From Gammaproteobacteria bacterium GWE2_42_36 (GTDB lineage Bacteria; Pseudomonadota; Gammaproteobacteria; UBA12402), in contig MGXH01000080.1 of NCBI GenBank assembly GCA_001801305.1, positions 1 through 38,053 of the forward strand: a stretch of DNA of 38,053 bases. The letters run 5' to 3'. A program made the translations under genes and the position numbers. Positions 37,234-38,053 of the stretch are shown here, piece by piece. Below the pieces are notes generated by a model. It saw nothing but the letters and a program-made list of their open reading frames with translations. It did not search any database and had not been told where the DNA came from. Positions within the stretch are counted from its first letter, which is position 1. Each line of letters begins with the position of its first letter.

Positions 37234-38053
37234 ATGTTTTTGAAAAGTAAACGAAAGAGCAAAGGTGAAGCGGTTTTCTTCTTCTGTTCACCTGCTCATC
37301 CTCAAAATATTCATCTCAATGAGATTATGCGGGTGCTAAAAGCAGCTCGGGTAGGTTATGCTGATTTACTTAATGATTTGTACTATAAAGTAAAATCAAA
37401 CAAACAAAAACAAACAATCGAGTATCTCACACGCTCTGCGAATCAGGAGCTAGCGTTATTTCAAACGTTTGCTCAATTAGCCCAACCATCAAATGGTCTT
37501 TTTGAAAAAACACAAGAATGTTTTAATCCTAATGAGTTAATTCAACAAATAGTAGATTATCTTTCTCTATATGAAATGGAGCAGTGCTGCGTTTTTGAAA
37601 TCGATTCGACGAAAAACAATAATTCATTTTGCGATAAAAACCGTCTTGGTTTCGTGTTACTCAAGCTACTTACCGGCATTATCCAAAACACACACGATGG
37701 AAGCATCAAGCTCAGAATCAATTACAACCAAAAAATCGAGCAAACCACTTTATTGGAAATAACGATCGACATTTTCGACAAAAAAATACCGACGCGTTAT
37801 TTTGAATGTATAACCCATCAGCTTTGCTCCGATTGTGAAGCAGAATATGATTTAGGATTAATCAAAGGATTTCTCACCGAATTAAACGCAAGCCTTCAAT
37901 TTTGCGTTATCAGTAAGGATAAGAAATGTACTAATAACAACAAGAAGATAAAAGAGGAAGCAAGTCAAAAACAAAAAGGATGTCAGTTCAAACTGAGCCT
38001 GCCCGTTATCGTCGATAGATCGGGCAGGTCTTTTTTATACGCATCATCATCAC
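37234..38053 (+). CDS. Soluble histidine-kinase-like protein with degenerate N/G1/G2 ATP-binding boxes (partial, open at the right window edge)
   Basis: Manual translation from ATG 37234 stays open to 38053 (273 codons). DKNRLGFVLLKLLTGIIQNTHDGSIKLRI resembles the HATPase_c N-box region, but both Asn positions are replaced. LEITIDIFDKKIP sits where the G1 DxGxG box should be. YDLGLIKGFLTELNASLQF...GCQFKLSLPV resembles the G2 box and C-terminal strand. A possible H-box remnant is IHLNEIMRVL. Confidence 0.5.
   Translation, partial: MFLKSKRKSKGEAVFFFCSPAHPQNIHLNEIMRVLKAARVGYADLLNDLYYKVKSNKQKQTIEYLTRSANQELALFQTFAQLAQPSNGLFEKTQECFNPNELIQQIVDYLSLYEMEQCCVFEIDSTKNNNSFCDKNRLGFVLLKLLTGIIQNTHDGSIKLRINYNQKIEQTTLLEITIDIFDKKIPTRYFECITHQLCSDCEAEYDLGLIKGFLTELNASLQFCVISKDKKCTNNNKKIKEEASQKQKGCQFKLSLPVIVDRSGRSFLYASSS
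37998..38036 (+). terminator. Terminator-like hairpin plus T-run lying inside the last visible codons of the HK-like ORF
   Basis: cctgcccg (37998-38005) pairs with cgggcagg (38021-38028) and is followed by tctttttt. The ORF is still open at 38053, so its stop must be just beyond the window. Confidence 0.4.

Noticed and set aside
37571-37762. 63-aa plus-strand ORF listed in the track
   Set aside because: It is out of frame with the longer ORF that is open from 37234 to the window edge and shows histidine-kinase-like motifs.

Overview
This 38-kb chromosomal window appears to come from a gammaproteobacterium. Gene content, the REP/MITE style and the AT-rich orphan genes suggest a Legionellales/Coxiellaceae-like intracellular organism, but I cannot prove that without a database search.

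(1) Positions 1-14631 are one uninterrupted minus-strand ORF. It starts at ATG 14631 and runs off the left edge, giving at least 4877 codons. The ORF track does not list it because it has no stop inside the window. It encodes a signal peptide, a ~350-aa N-terminal domain that looks like an inverse-autotransporter (type Ve) beta-barrel, and about 40 Ig-like domains. About 15 of these form alternating two-domain super-repeats. I read it as a giant surface adhesin.

(2) The housekeeping core contains:
- rne on the minus strand, with a clean terminator and a long leader.
- A divergent mreB-mreC-mreD-maf-yhdP-like cluster. mreC most likely initiates at a non-canonical ATT codon.
- A 59-aa 2x[4Fe-4S] ferredoxin that falls below the ORF-track cutoff.
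- A translationally coupled beta-CASP metallo-hydrolase plus AMP/thymidine-phosphorylase-family pair, bracketed by two same-orientation copies of one MITE-like element.
- An MFS transporter, secA and an alpha/beta hydrolase.

(3) From ~34.43 kb to the right edge the sequence looks more AT-rich (judged by eye). It carries three separately transcribed orphan genes: a 444-452-aa protein with no motif I recognise, a class I SAM methyltransferase, and a soluble histidine-kinase-like protein with degenerate ATP-binding boxes that is open at the right edge.

I saw no rRNA, tRNA, CRISPR array, transposase or integrase. All domain calls come from reading motifs by eye. HMM or structure searches are needed to confirm them.
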